Assembly: GCF_002105155.1 (NCBI RefSeq)
Contig: NW_019028988.1
Location: forward strand, 434,001 to 498,000
Direction of reading: 5' to 3'
Origin: Lobosporangium transversale
Taxonomy: Eukaryota
DNA: 64,000 bases
Made by a program: the position numbers and the translations under genes. Below, piece after piece: positions 10,732-23,695 of the stretch. The notes under the pieces are model-generated. The model was not told the DNA's origin and ran no database searches. It saw nothing but the letters and a program-made list of their open reading frames with translations. The first letter of the stretch is position 1. Each line of letters starts with the position of its first letter.

Positions 10732-12833
10732 TTACAATTGATCCGCATACGATATGTCCTTGAAGGTGACGCCGAGTTTCTCAAGCATTTTTAATCCTTC
10801 GGGACTTCCGATTTTGGTGATGACTTTGCATGGTTGACCAAGGGACATATACGAGCTAAGCCTATTTACAGCCACCACAACAGTGCCATCAATTTCAAGC
10901 ACACAGCATGAAGCCCTCGATGGCAAGCATATAATTCTCGAACTCATAGGCTTACATTTCAAGATATCGATCCGCAGTAGTGATCAGGTTCGAATTGTTG
11001 AGGATCATGTTGACATCCTTATGGCGGTGGGCATGGAAGGCGCTCGTAACAACCTGGTGAGTGACGAGTATCCCGTTTATTAATGCGTCAGCTTCTGACA
11101 ACTTGTTGAAAGTGAGCTATTTATCAACAGAATAGTAAACATTGGCTATCGAGTTAGAGAATATAGAACGGTTGCAGCTAAAATAAATTTCTTCTCCACG
11201 ACTTGCCATCTCAGCGCGTTCAGCAAGCTGGCCCCTTATTCGCTGAGCTTCTCTTGCATCATGGCAAAGGACAACAACAGCATTCTCCTTGCTAAATTGG
11301 ACAGCGCGATCCAAAAGAGACTCTAGCATTGTTTCCTCCGTGAAGCGATAGTGTTCTGCAGTATAGATATTGGTGTGATCCATGCTAAACACAATGGTCT
11401 TGTCTGAGAACCCAAAAGCCTCTGCGGCATGCAACACATCCTCAGTGGCATCATGAACCGCTAGTATCACCTGACAGACTTCGAATTCGTCCAGCGCGAT
11501 ACGGATTGATTCGATCTGAGCGGGTGTCCGCAAAACATACTCGGCCTCATAAACAATCATCACATGAACTGCTTTGGGTACGATGACACCTTCGTTCTTC
11601 AACTGAGTCATCATTTCCGGGGTTATCGCGTAGATAGAGGGCGTGGTGGAGCTACTGAGAAGAGGCCCAAGACCCACCATCTTATCCTGTTGGGCCGTAT
11701 AAAAAGTATTAGGAACCTCCGCAACATTGAGATGCTTCTTAAGTGAAGAGACGAACGCTTTGCTACTCTGAGCATCTAGACGATTCATCAAAATCAATAC
11801 TTGGAACTCGGAAGTCGCATCTTCGAGAACATCAATAATTGGATATATGACGTAGTTTTCGAGCCTATTCCCCCTAATCTGCAAGATGCCATCATCACCT
11901 ATAGCAACCCATCAAAAACAAAGAAGTCAACATGAATAGGATTTCATTTTTCGTTTAACCAACTTCGTGCATTCATCCATATTGTTTACCTGAAATAAGC
12001 TGTGCTAGGGTGTTCTTCTCGATATATCCTAGTTGAGTGATACTATGTTTTGAGAATGGGTTCGAGTCAGTAGCCAACATTTAACTGCCTCATCTATAGG
12101 GTCCGGGCACGTTTGCATGGTATTTAGCAATAATTACCCATCGGTCTCCAGACATTTCCTAGTGCCATTCTTTAACTCAATTGAGTGTACCTCCTCCAAC
12201 CCGTGTGGGTCAAGGATCTTTAACCGAGATGTAAAGCAATACAAGAGGATTCTATTAGCAAATTAAAATCGTATTAAAGGAGCTTATTTGTGTGTGAGTA
12301 TTACTACAGTATACCTTCAATATCCAGTTGGGCTTTCGAGGTATGAATGGTCCAGCAAATCGATTCCTTCCTCGGAAAGCTCTCCAATGGTGTGAATTAG
12401 CTTTGGCTCCCTTTTCTTTGGGTGGTAAAGTAGAACCATGTACCTCTCTGATGGGCCGCTTTACTGTATCTAAAGCTGTATCCTCATGGGAAATTAGGCT
12501 TGCCGTCTTCAGGGAGCTACCAAGTCGCTCCAGGCTTGAAACAGCTTTCTGGAGACTCACTCTCAACTCTGCAAACTCCTCACTAATCACCTTGATATTG
12601 GTGATACTATCTTGCTTAAGAGGCGCATTGCTAGCGTCAGTGCCAGAAGAAGACTCAGTTTGCGAGTCAGTCTTGTCATCCTTGGAAACGACTTGAGCCG
12701 GCTGTTTATTGTCTAGTTTATTAGCATCACTCAGACTAACAGTGCTACTGTGTATCACAGTCTGCTGAGGCACTAAAGTGTGTTCTTCCACGGGCGTGGA
12801 GATGCTATTCTCAGGACTGTTCTCGGAGTTCAT
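10732..12833 (-). CDS. DEAD-box-helicase-fold protein with degenerate catalytic motifs (putative pseudo-helicase), about 6 exons
   Basis: The spliced frame stays open and is colinear with eIF4A-type motifs: GITQLGYIEK (Q), GDDGILQIRGNRLEN (I), ITPEMM (Ib), MIVYEAEYVL (II), QVILAVHDA (III), VVLCHDAREA (IV), ILVTHQVV...KDVNMILN (V), RYLEMLSSYMSLG (VI). Confidence 0.6.
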
Positions 12834-13147
12834 GTTTGTTTTCGTTAACTGAAGGAGCTCGTGTTGGTATGAATATCTAAGGATTTTGGACTTAAAATAG
12901 GTGGATGGAGTAGGCTTATAAGCAAGGCCACATGCACCAAAAGTGATGAGAAATTAAGAGATGAGAAAGCCTATGTATGCTGATGGAATCGATACTGAAG
13001 AAAAACAAAAAAAAACTTTTGAGACTGTGTGAATTGTATAATTTAATATTCGGTATAATATATTGCCTTTTATCGCATCAGCAGGACAACACTGGCACGC
13101 AATGAAAATATCTATGATCTTTTCATTTACTTTGTCGCAATTTAGCA

Positions 13148-16100
13148 CTAACTGGGTGTATTGGAGCGCCATGTTGATCCGTAATTAAGTACCCAGATGA
13201 TTCCTAAAAAGATGCCCACTTTCCACACGGGCTTTGCCCACAGACTCTTGAATGTAATCGAAGTTGGTGACAGCGCAGAAGACACGGCACCTCCAGAGCG
13301 TAGCGAGTTTGTGTTTCTAGTATCGATTTGCAGAACAACACCTTCTTTCTTCTCTCCTCCATTCGTTGCTGTTCCACTTTTTTCTCTTCCTGCTGAATCC
13401 GTAGTTTTTGGATGATTAAGGTGTGTCAGGGCCTCGTCCTGTTGGCCTGTTGCTCCAGACTCACTAGGCTTACCATTAGCCACTTCCCTTGCTAGACTGG
13501 CCTCCATTAGATTCTTGAGAGTAGCAGGTCCTGCAACGCCTGCTGAAGCCGCAATAGGCGAAACCATGACCGATTGTCGCTTGACAGTGATGGGTAACAC
13601 CGACCCCCCTTCCCTCTCCTTTGCACTAATGGGCATACGTTCTGCTGTTGTGATGACTGTTGGTATCGCCGTGTTGACTTTGGGCTTTGGCTCTCGTCCT
13701 GTAACCAGCCAGTCTGAGAGTTCGCCTGTTGCCCCACTTAGCACATGTGCAACCATTAAAAAAAGGAACGATGAAAGCGCCAAATTGAATGACCATGCTC
13801 CTGGGCCCTCCGCCCAAGGCGAGATGACCAGAATACCTTTGGTATCGCCTGCAAGCCACATATGAAATTGACAGATGAATGTCTCCAAAGAGCATTTGCC
13901 AACAAACGAGTAAAAAGTTGAGGTTGTATTCCTTAGTACTGCGGTGCTATTGCGAAGGATGACGAACGATATGATTGGAATCCAAGAAATATAAGGATGC
14001 CAAAGATTATATTCAAACTTTTGCATGGATATCTCAAAGATGAAGTATCCAACCAGTCCGATGACAGAGGCTATAATGGATGCTCGTCGAATGGTGTCCC
14101 AATGAGGATGTGTGGTAATAGAAATTTCTTGTGCTTTGATAAATCCATATGCAAAGAGCGCACCAATAAAGACAATCCAGACGTCCAGATGTAGCCGGAA
14201 TCGCCACTCGGTTGCTGACCAGGAAATACCGAAGAAGAACCGCAAGACGGTAAATGCTGTATCCAGGAAGAAAGGGACCCGGATGATGGTGGTGGTGATT
14301 ATAGCAGTTATCAAGACCTTGCTAATGATGAAAACTGGGTTATGGTTGTGGGTATGACCAATATACATCATGACGTAAATGGTCAGGTAGAAGAACGAAA
14401 CCAGCGGAGCAAAGTAGTAGGCGAGATAGGTTGTATTCATAGTATATGTCAATAAGACAGTAAGCAGGTTCAATCGGACGAGGATCGAGGCTACGCGGTT
14501 GAACCCGAAGTCAGCCTTCTTGTAGTAAAAGACAAAGTGACCAAATCCAGTCATGAACAGATAACTGGCCACAAGCATTCGAATGGGGTTGTAGATGGAT
14601 GAGACACTTGAGGCTGCAACATAGTGATAAATAAGAATGACAATTTGCATCCAGCCTTTCCACTCGTCTGTTTGATCTCTGTTCAAAAATACCTGGTCCT
14701 TTTCTGCCCTCTTCAATGTCATGGAGCCAGCCACAATACAAAGGAAGATGAGAGATATAAAAGTTGACCAGGAAAAGAACTTATTTCCCTTTGCAAATAA
14801 ACTAGTGCGATCTGCATAGTACATATAGACAACTGCACCAGCGACCACGGCAAAAGAGCGCAAAACTGTAAGACTTGGGAAGAAGGATGATGCGGCATGA
14901 TGTCGATAGTCTATATTAGCATGCCCAAGAAGATACATCTCACAGTACATGTTAGCGACCTCCTAAGTTAGCAGGAAATGCATTAAAGCAATAGAGAGCT
15001 CGACCCTTACATGTCTGCACAACAAGTCCAAGCGGCAGCCACACCAAAAAGATACCCAACATTAGAGTCTGGAACCAATAGTTGCTGGGATAGTCGAAGC
15101 AGCACGTTGTGCTCATCGGTGGAGTTTTTGGCAGCTTATTGTTACAAATATAATTAAGTAGGATGTCGGCCTCTACAGCCATTATCCGGTCTGCATAGTG
15201 TAATCCGTCTTTAGTTTCGCTTGCGGCAGTTTTGGTCATTTTTGTCCATGCGAAAGGAACGGTGATTGAGCTCCCGCGTGTAGCGTCTTTGAGGAAAGTA
15301 TTCATTTTGTTGATTTCATCAGGCAGTAGGGTTCTGAGCCTCTCTTCTGAGAGCTTTTCAGTGTTGACAGAGGGAATAGGTGAAATGAATAGATGCTGTG
15401 CTAATGGTTCCAGTCGAGGACTGCCCATCTGAAGAATTAGCCGTTCCATGATGTGTTGCCACTGATCAATACCTCCTGACCATTCTGCATACCGTAAGAA
15501 CCAGAGTCCCGTGCCGACTAGAAATATGGATGGCGTTTTTTCTTCGCTTCTCATTACTCGATCCTCAGAGGCAGTTAATAGGGCCATGGTTTTAGTGGAG
15601 TTCAAAACGGGGTCCCAGTAAAATTCAAACGTTGTTCCTGACTCTGGGTCCCGATTAAATATGTCAGAATGGCGGTCACCATCTGTGCTGGCATCTGGAA
15701 TGACTTTTTTGACAAGCGAATAGTATAGCTGGCGTGAAACTGAGTCTCCGATCATGACAACTCTTGACCCACCAATACATGATGTTGTATATTGTGGATT
15801 ATATGTCCTGAGCATACATCCCTTTGGTTGCCACTGGGTGCCCTCTATGTCCAACCATGATCCATGATTCAAAAGACTCTCACATCGTGTCCTATCCGCA
15901 GGATCTGAACAAGGCATGATAAAAAAAATATTAGATCCTTTTCGTGCATGTGTTTTTATCGAGACGTTTGGCTCCGCGAGGGATAAAAAGACGATGTGTT
16001 TCAGGTCTAGACGCGATTAATTACCGAAGATTTGTTTTAGAGTCGCGAGTACCACCACAGCGATGGCAGCACCGACAAACAACGCCTGGAGGCTGCGCTG

Positions 16101-16151
16101 GTACATGTTCGATGAAGATGTGGAGCGAGATAAAGAGGCCGGAATCTGCAT
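13148..16151 (-). CDS. CAS1: CAS1/CASD1-family polysaccharide O-acetyltransferase (SGNH-like domain plus multi-TM Cas1_AcylT domain); introns 16024-15905 and 15010-14911
   Basis: IGDSVSRQ and KDGLHY esterase motifs; FLNRDQTDEWKGWMQ, YLFMTGFGHF, EWRFRLHLD and SLETFICQFHMWLAGD in the TM domain. Confidence 0.9.
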
Positions 16152-16987
16152 TAGAAAACCAAGAGTAATGCTTTGGTTTCTATTTCTGCGCTCGAAAAGG
16201 TCTGGTTTGATATTTATACGAATAGTTTATAGGAAATACAGGTGAGGGTGAGGGATGGTGAATGAGGGATGAATGAGATGCCTGAATCAAATGAAAAAAA
16301 ATGGGTTGAAATGAGAGACCAAAAATAAAAAAGTAATATAAAATAATGATATGCAGGTTTCAAATAGATGCGACAAAAGCAGAGCAGTGTATAGGAACAA
16401 GCCTGGCAATGAGGAGTATATAGTCGAGTTATAGAAAGGGAGAAAAAGAGAAAAGAGAGAGAGAGAGAGAGAGAGAGAAGCGACCAAAAAGAAAAGAAAA
16501 AAAGGGGGGGGGGAACAAGTAAAGACGTAAAGATGTTCGTATACAGTTTACTAAAAGACAAGAGAAGTGATGCAAACAAAAAGAAGCATGGATTGTAACA
16601 AAAGGACGTCTTTGTGCTCAAGTAAGACTAATAGATTTCCAATTTACCGTTGATATTGTTGTCCGATGATGATGAGTACATGAACAAATGAGATAAATAA
16701 ACTCTTTTGGTTAAAGTTTTGTGTCTATTGGGTCCCTGTGTCTTTAGCTTTCCCCTGGATGAACTTGCAAACTTTAATTATTTGATTACAATCATCTCCA
16801 TGGAAACGATGGAAGCATTGAAAAAATAGTCGCGTAATGACAACGCTAGAAAATTAAGGTTGTCTTAAAACTTACGACTTGCCAATCTTCCTGTCGTGAC
16901 ATCTATTAAAAAAAAAAAAAAAAAAGAGCTTTTATACATAATATCATTTGCGTTGCATTTACAGTTGCATCACATTCTAATCACATC

Positions 16988-17831
16988 ATGGAGAAATTCT
17001 CGCGCTGGAGGGCAAGTAAAATAGATCATATTAAAAAGAAAAACTTGCTTCTACCATACATCAAAAGAAGACTAGGAGATTTTTTTCAGCGTGGAATAGT
17101 CATGAAAGCTCATCTCTTGTTGTTTTGTTTATCTCCTCCGCCGACACGTCCATGCCCTATATGGTCTTCTTGTTCTAGGATCAAGGCACAGGCATACAGC
17201 CGTTTTTGCCACCGGTGGTAAAATAATAACAATAATTTTTTTTTTTTTTTTTTTTTTAGAAAAAAGCACACACAGACACATTCTATGCACTCTTGATGTC
17301 CTTCTCTTCTTTGTCCTCCTTCCTCCTTTTCCTCTCCGTGTTTGCAATTGAGACTAAAAGCTTCCTAATTTGCTACACTGTTGGCCATTCTAGCCTGCAA
17401 ATGCAGATCACTCGCCTATTGAGAAGACCCTGACTGTCATCCTAATGATTGTCAAGCCTATCACAGGAGTTGTCAAATTGGCGTTGGTCAGTGTTGTGGT
17501 CCTTGCATTTGTACTCTTTCAAATGGCTGGGCTGGCGCTGGTAAGGGAGGATAAGGGGCATTCCACAAAAAATGTTCTATTTTCGCTTTTTTGACTCAAT
17601 CTTGGAGGCTGGCATGACGCTAAAGCAATCTCATTGAACTTTATTGGCCGACAATCATCACTTTGGCTAGTCTCCTCTGGGTTTCTTGTATAGGTTATAT
17701 AGCCGCTTGATAATGGCCATCTTTGCGCGATTTATCCTTGGCCTTTTAGGCTTTTTTTGGATCAAACATGAAGTTGTTACCATCCGACGGGGGTATGTCA
17801 AGATGAATCAGCTCTTTCAATGCTTACCTTT

Positions 17832-17867
<36 letters not shown>

Positions 17868-17931
17868 ACGTTCTCATGGAATTACAGACAAGGAAAAAAA
17901 TAGGGGGAAGAACTTCAATCTAATGAATAAA

Positions 17932-17966
<35 letters not shown>

Positions 17967-18123
17967 CCCGGATACATAGACGTAGTTCGAGTACGAGCAA
18001 AAACCAAATATCCGCCAAGAAGTCAACTTCATCAGGAAACCTTATTGTCTGCAATTGGTCATCTTATATCGACGTCCTTTATTTGGCGTTCAGGTGAGGC
18101 AACAACATGAACATACTGTTATC

Positions 18124-18154
<31 letters not shown>

Positions 18155-19005
18155 TTCAGAATATTTAACCCAGATAGTGAACAGATATAATCCTGTATTC
18201 ACCCAGATCTATCTACAGACGTTGACTGTTCGTGAGGTGACATTCTGGGAGGCACTGCGCTTGTCAGGAAGCTATCCAGAGCTGTCACCACCTGAAGGCG
18301 TTGAGACATGGCCTCTTCTGGACTTTGTTAAAGCAATGCACAGCAAAGGTGCCGGCCCCGTTGTTGTCTTTCCTGAGGTACTATTATGTATAACGAAAAA
18401 AAAACTGTTGTTTATGTGCGAGGAAAGGGAGAATGCAATAGTTAAAAAAATAAGAGTTCGATAATATTCATTAGGGTACCACAACCAACAACAGAGCCAT
18501 TTTGAAATTTGTACCGATCTTCAAGAGCTGTTCTGTGCCCGAAACATCAATCGACATCACTGTTATGGCGCTCAAATATGATTATTATAAATTCGCGCCA
18601 ACTTTCACTGTCGGGCTCAACAATTCTTATCGTTTTGGACACCTGTTCCGCACATGTGCTCAGTTCTACAATTCACTCACTGTTAAGAGCCTTGCTTCAG
18701 AGGAATCACCCTCTAACCCAAACTTCTCGGCAATGGATGGTCTCTCTAGCACTCCCTCTGGCGCAGCCATTGGCGTAGTCGAACCAGTGGAGGAAGACGC
18801 TCTTGGTAGTGTAATCATGAACTTAATGGGACGTTTAACCCGATTCAGAAAATTGGGATTAACCGTTCAGGACAAGGTGGACTTTCTGGATTACTTTATC
18901 CTCAGGAACAATGGTATTGGAAGTATGAAAAAGATCTCAACTCAGAAGGCAACCTCAACCTCAGCCTTATCCTCATCAAGATCGAGTCGCTCGAAGAGAC
19001 AATAA
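16988..19005 (+). CDS. LOA1: Lysophospholipid acyltransferase LOA1/VPS66-like (multi-exon; first intron GC-AG)
   Basis: MEKFSRWR|DQGTGIQPFLPP N-terminus, NWSSYIDVLYLAF and VVFPE|GTTTNN acyltransferase motifs. Confidence 0.82.
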
Positions 19006-19138
19006 AAACAAATCCTAGCAGTAAATTTAATACTGTTGCGGACTAGCCATTATGAATGTGAATCCAGATAGACAAATGAAATTGGTATCATAAATAAATG
19101 TTTGCATATTGCTCTATTGTTTCAATCTAACAACATAT

Positions 19139-22100
19139 TCACTTCAAAATCCAGGTCTGTCCAATGGGGACTAAATCCTCTATGCGTCTCAATAATCCTA
19201 TCAGGAACTGCCGCTCTGTTGGATTAATCTGTGTGTCCAGCGCCATTCGAAGCAACCTGCTAGCAGTTTGGCCATCGCTGGAAGTTGGTGATGCAGTTCT
19301 GCCCCGAATGTTCATGATGATATCTGGTAGAATCAAAGATACCCGACCCATAATGTTTCGTTGATGACCGTCCTCATTCATTTTTTGATGATGGTGATAT
19401 TGCTCTTGAGCTCCTTCGCTAGTCAAAGCATCTACTGAGATACCCTGTACGAACTGTTGATGCCACAACTCAAATTCATCATCTTCAAGGCTATTGTGAT
19501 CCATTCCAGCAGTAGCATTATTCTCGGAAGCATCGTCTCCGTGTTCCAAGTCATGCTCATCGACATTAGCGAGTAAACCGACCTCTGTATCATCAATGTT
19601 GTCGAGAGTCTGTAAAGAGGATCCACCTAATCCTTCAGATCTTAGATCTACCAGACTGAAACCTGAAACAATATCCTTCTCATCCCACCACAAAAGTACC
19701 GCACCACCCAGCAAGAGTGTCACGCCCTTTGAAAACGCTTCGTATTGGTTTGAAAACAAAACTAGAAGATCCAAGATTCTTTGTAACCAAGTAAAACGTT
19801 GAGCGTTCCTCTTCTTTCGCCGCATACTCAAAGATGATGGTGGTCGTCGCTCTGCGACACCAGAGTTCATGGCGTAGAGAAGTACAGAGATGGCGGATTC
19901 TGCAAACTTCCTGTTTTGAATCCCAAGGGAAGTATCGCTCACGATCAGTAATGCAGATTGAGCAGTCCGGATTAACCTTGCTTCCTGCTGTGATGTTAAA
20001 TAGCCTGCACGGTAAAGGGATGAAATGCCAATGGCCTCCTTAAGAACGCGTGAGCCTCTGTCTCCAGTCGTTGCATCTAAGGAAGTATCTAACTGAGCGG
20101 CATCCAGATGTGACAACGAGGTCAAGGATAGGTCTGCTAACCGCCTCAATACACGCTGTGCTGTCAGAAAGTTGTTGAAAGAAACTCGATAAAATACACG
20201 CAATATCACAGCTCGTAGCTCACTCAAGAGCTCTTTCGCGTCCTCAGTGAGTGTATTTTGGTTGTTGATCGCCTTGTTCTGCGTTGCTGAGGCTGCAGCA
20301 ACAGCTGTGCCAACAGCACTTATGCCATCGCCACCAGAACTTTTGCCGGCCGCAGCTGAACAGCCTTGGCCCTGGCGATAAGGTCGAATATGGTTACTCA
20401 ATGTGTCCAAAAATAATAATTGCAGTACCTCTTTCTGTGGATCCTGTCTTTCCGACGCCCTTTCTGTAACATTAACATCACTACAATTTCCTACAGCGAA
20501 AAAAAGCTCGTTGCTCAGTTTCTCCATCACGTCAATGACGCGTGAGCTTGGCAACGACACCTTCTTAGCAATCCCGCCTAATCCACGGACTTTATCCAAT
20601 TCCACAAGAACCTGATCACCACCTCCGAACACAACCAAGGGCAAACCACCCAAAGCCAATATTCTTCCAAGTCCTTCCTCGCCAACATAGAGCTCCTCAA
20701 CGCCGTGTCCCTCTTCCTCCTCCCGTCCTTCCTTAGGTTCCTTAGTCTCTTTGGAAGAGCTAACAACATCTCCAATTTTGAATCCTGACAATTGCATGAT
20801 TAGGAATTCCATCAGCGATGTCGAAGTATTAGCGTGCCTGGAAGCCATATGGATCGCTGGAATGATTAGTCGGGGCTCCAATGCCACCAGCTGTGTTAAG
20901 AGCGGGAACCAGTTCACGGCAGGTAAAGGAGCTGGAAGATTGTAGACTGTATAAAGCATTACCTCCAACGCTGTTCGGTAAGATTTCCTAGACCTCTGTA
21001 CAGTTCCCATCTGTAAAGGCTCCCACATTCCATCCCAGAGCGCACGGAGCCATGAAGTTGAGGTCGGCAATCGTGAATAATCTTTGGGTTCACTACTAGT
21101 ACCAATAACCTTGCCTACATCTGCTTGTCCAAGTCGATGAAAATGACAGGCGATATGACCAAGAACCATAGCTGCCAGTCGGCCAGCCTTCAAATCCTGA
21201 ACCATAAGTGCAGACTTTGCAGATGGAGCCTTGGATGCTGGAATAGCCATCGCATAAGCATTAGATAATGTCCCCACTCCTGTAGTCTCTTTAGAGACAT
21301 CAGTAGTGATAGAAATAGAAAGTCCGCTCAACTCCATCAGTGTTGTAAGTGCCGAATTGGAAACAGATGTCATTGCCACAGGATTATTAGAAGATGTAAA
21401 ATAGGAAAACAGACCATTACTGCCCATGGACATGACAGTTGGCCCTCTACACCAATCTACACCGAATAGTGATGCAAGAGCCACAACGGCAGTGTGTCTG
21501 GCTGCAGAAGTAGGGGTAATCCGGATAAGATTAACGAGCGAATGAACTCTCCCTGTGAAGAGCGATATCTCATGCGAAGCCGGGTTGCGGACATCGAGAT
21601 TTGTGTGGATCATATGGCAGAATGGCACTGTGAAATGGACAAGCTGCGGCTGAAGGTCTCTTCGCGAAGTAGCTGCCAAGAGCGTACGATCTAACAACCC
21701 TGTATCTGATTTGATGTCATCTTGTGATGCCTCTGCCCTATCAGAGAATGCAATTACCCAAGGCGCGCCTAGCAGCCTGGCTAATAGCTGTGCAGAAAAC
21801 CCTTGTTGTTGGTTCTCCAAAAATACCTCTAGGTCGCACCGGGCCATGATCTTTATTTTCTGCACAATTTCCGTTTCTTCATTTGAGCAACTTGCTGTTG
21901 TGTCTCCACTTTTGCGTGTTGGTGAAGATGATGCTGCGATGGCTACTGACAGGCGTGGAAACGCGATGAGAATACCTAATATTAATTCAAAAGAGCCTGT
22001 GCTGGCCTCATATACGTGTAAGAGTAGCTGAAGCTGCTCGAGACAGATCTTATTCAACTCTGCAGTCTTTGTTGGTGAGTTCACTAATCCTGCTAGTACA

Positions 22101-23661
22101 TTGCAGAACGCCCACCCGATTGCAAATGTAGCCCAGCTCGACAATTCACTAAAAGTCATTTTTATATTTTATGGAAATAAGTAAAATAACTTTTAGTACT
22201 AACACTTGAAGTCAATCATGTCAGTGTTCCCAAAAGAAAAAAAAAAAAAAAAAAAAAAAAAGCTTCCTGTTATATTTATACCTTGAAGTGTTTGTATGGG
22301 TAGTATTCATTTGAAGGCGATCATAAAATACATCAAGGACAGAAGAAACCAGTTTCTCATCAACTGCTGCTAAAGGTGTGATAAAGCTCAATGAGACCAG
22401 GACTGCGAACTGGACTTCGTCGCTTGCACTAACATCTGTTAGCGTCTCTGAGCGGACAAAATTCTGTAGCAGATACTTGGCCAGCGTGGAGCTTTGGACT
22501 GACGAAGCAGGATGAGAGTGGCGATGGAGGGATAAAATGATGCCTATAGGGGGTGTGAGAGAGCCAAAAGTATTTCAAGAGGAGCAATGTACATTAGTGA
22601 TATTACTACATAACCGATGCTTTCATTCTTTTTCATACGAAAGACTATTTTTTTACCTGTGATGGCAAATACAGCATTAGCACAATGCGCAGGTACATAG
22701 CCGTCCATGATTTTCTTGTACAAGTCCAAAATAAGCGTCTCTGCGATTATCAATGTCTGTGTATCATCGCTTGGAATCCACATGTTATCGAACAAGGCAG
22801 TCCACCCTTCTAGCGCTGAAATACGTTCTATCAAGTGGTCTGTGAGAGTCACGTCTGTCAATGCTGTCATTACATTTCTGTAGCTTTGTCGGGTTCGAAT
22901 CGTCTCCATAGATTCAACACCACCCACTCCATTGTCCCCGGCTGTGGAAGCGCTATCCGCGGTAGTTACCGCAGATGAGCATAGCAGGCCTGAAAGCGCA
23001 TATCCGATTCGAAGGCCAGGATTGACATTCCCGGATTGCCATTTCTGCAAAATACTGCTTGATACAATCTCCATAACCCCCTGCAGCCTCTCCAGCTCCT
23101 GAGCGCCTGCAGAAACATTATCAGGTGTTGACTTTTTGAACGCTGCATCCTTGAAGAGACTTCGTCTCATGTGTGAGAGCTCATGGCGGACCAACTTGTC
23201 AAGGACCAACGAATACTCGTCCACAACCATTGAGTTCTGAGCGACCTCAAGGATTCGTTCACGAATGTAAAGGATCGGTGGCCCTTCAGGAAGAAGAATA
23301 GGCATGATCTCAGATGCTGTGAAGCAAGAAAGCGCTCTCAGTGCTGATGCTAAGACCTTGGGGCTTTCAGAACTCAAAAGCGGCTGGATATAGTTGACAA
23401 GAACGGCTTCGCGAAGATCAAGACAGACTTGAGTATCTGAGGGTTGGAGGAAGTAAAAGATAAAAGTGAATGCAAAAATGAGTATTTAATCAAAGACAGA
23501 TCTATTGGTCTGTTTAAAAATAAATAAATAAATAAATAAATAAAAATACCTTCATTTCTAGAGCCCACAATACCATAAAACACACACATCTCCTGGAGTA
23601 TTGCTACATGCTGGGTTTTCATAGCATGTTCCGCCACATGACACAGTAAGACGTTCCATGC

Positions 23662-23695
<34 letters not shown>

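Noticed and set aside
13148..16151. CAS1 as a CRISPR gene
   Set aside because: Name collision only. It is a membrane O-acetyltransferase, and no repeat-spacer array is visible in the window.
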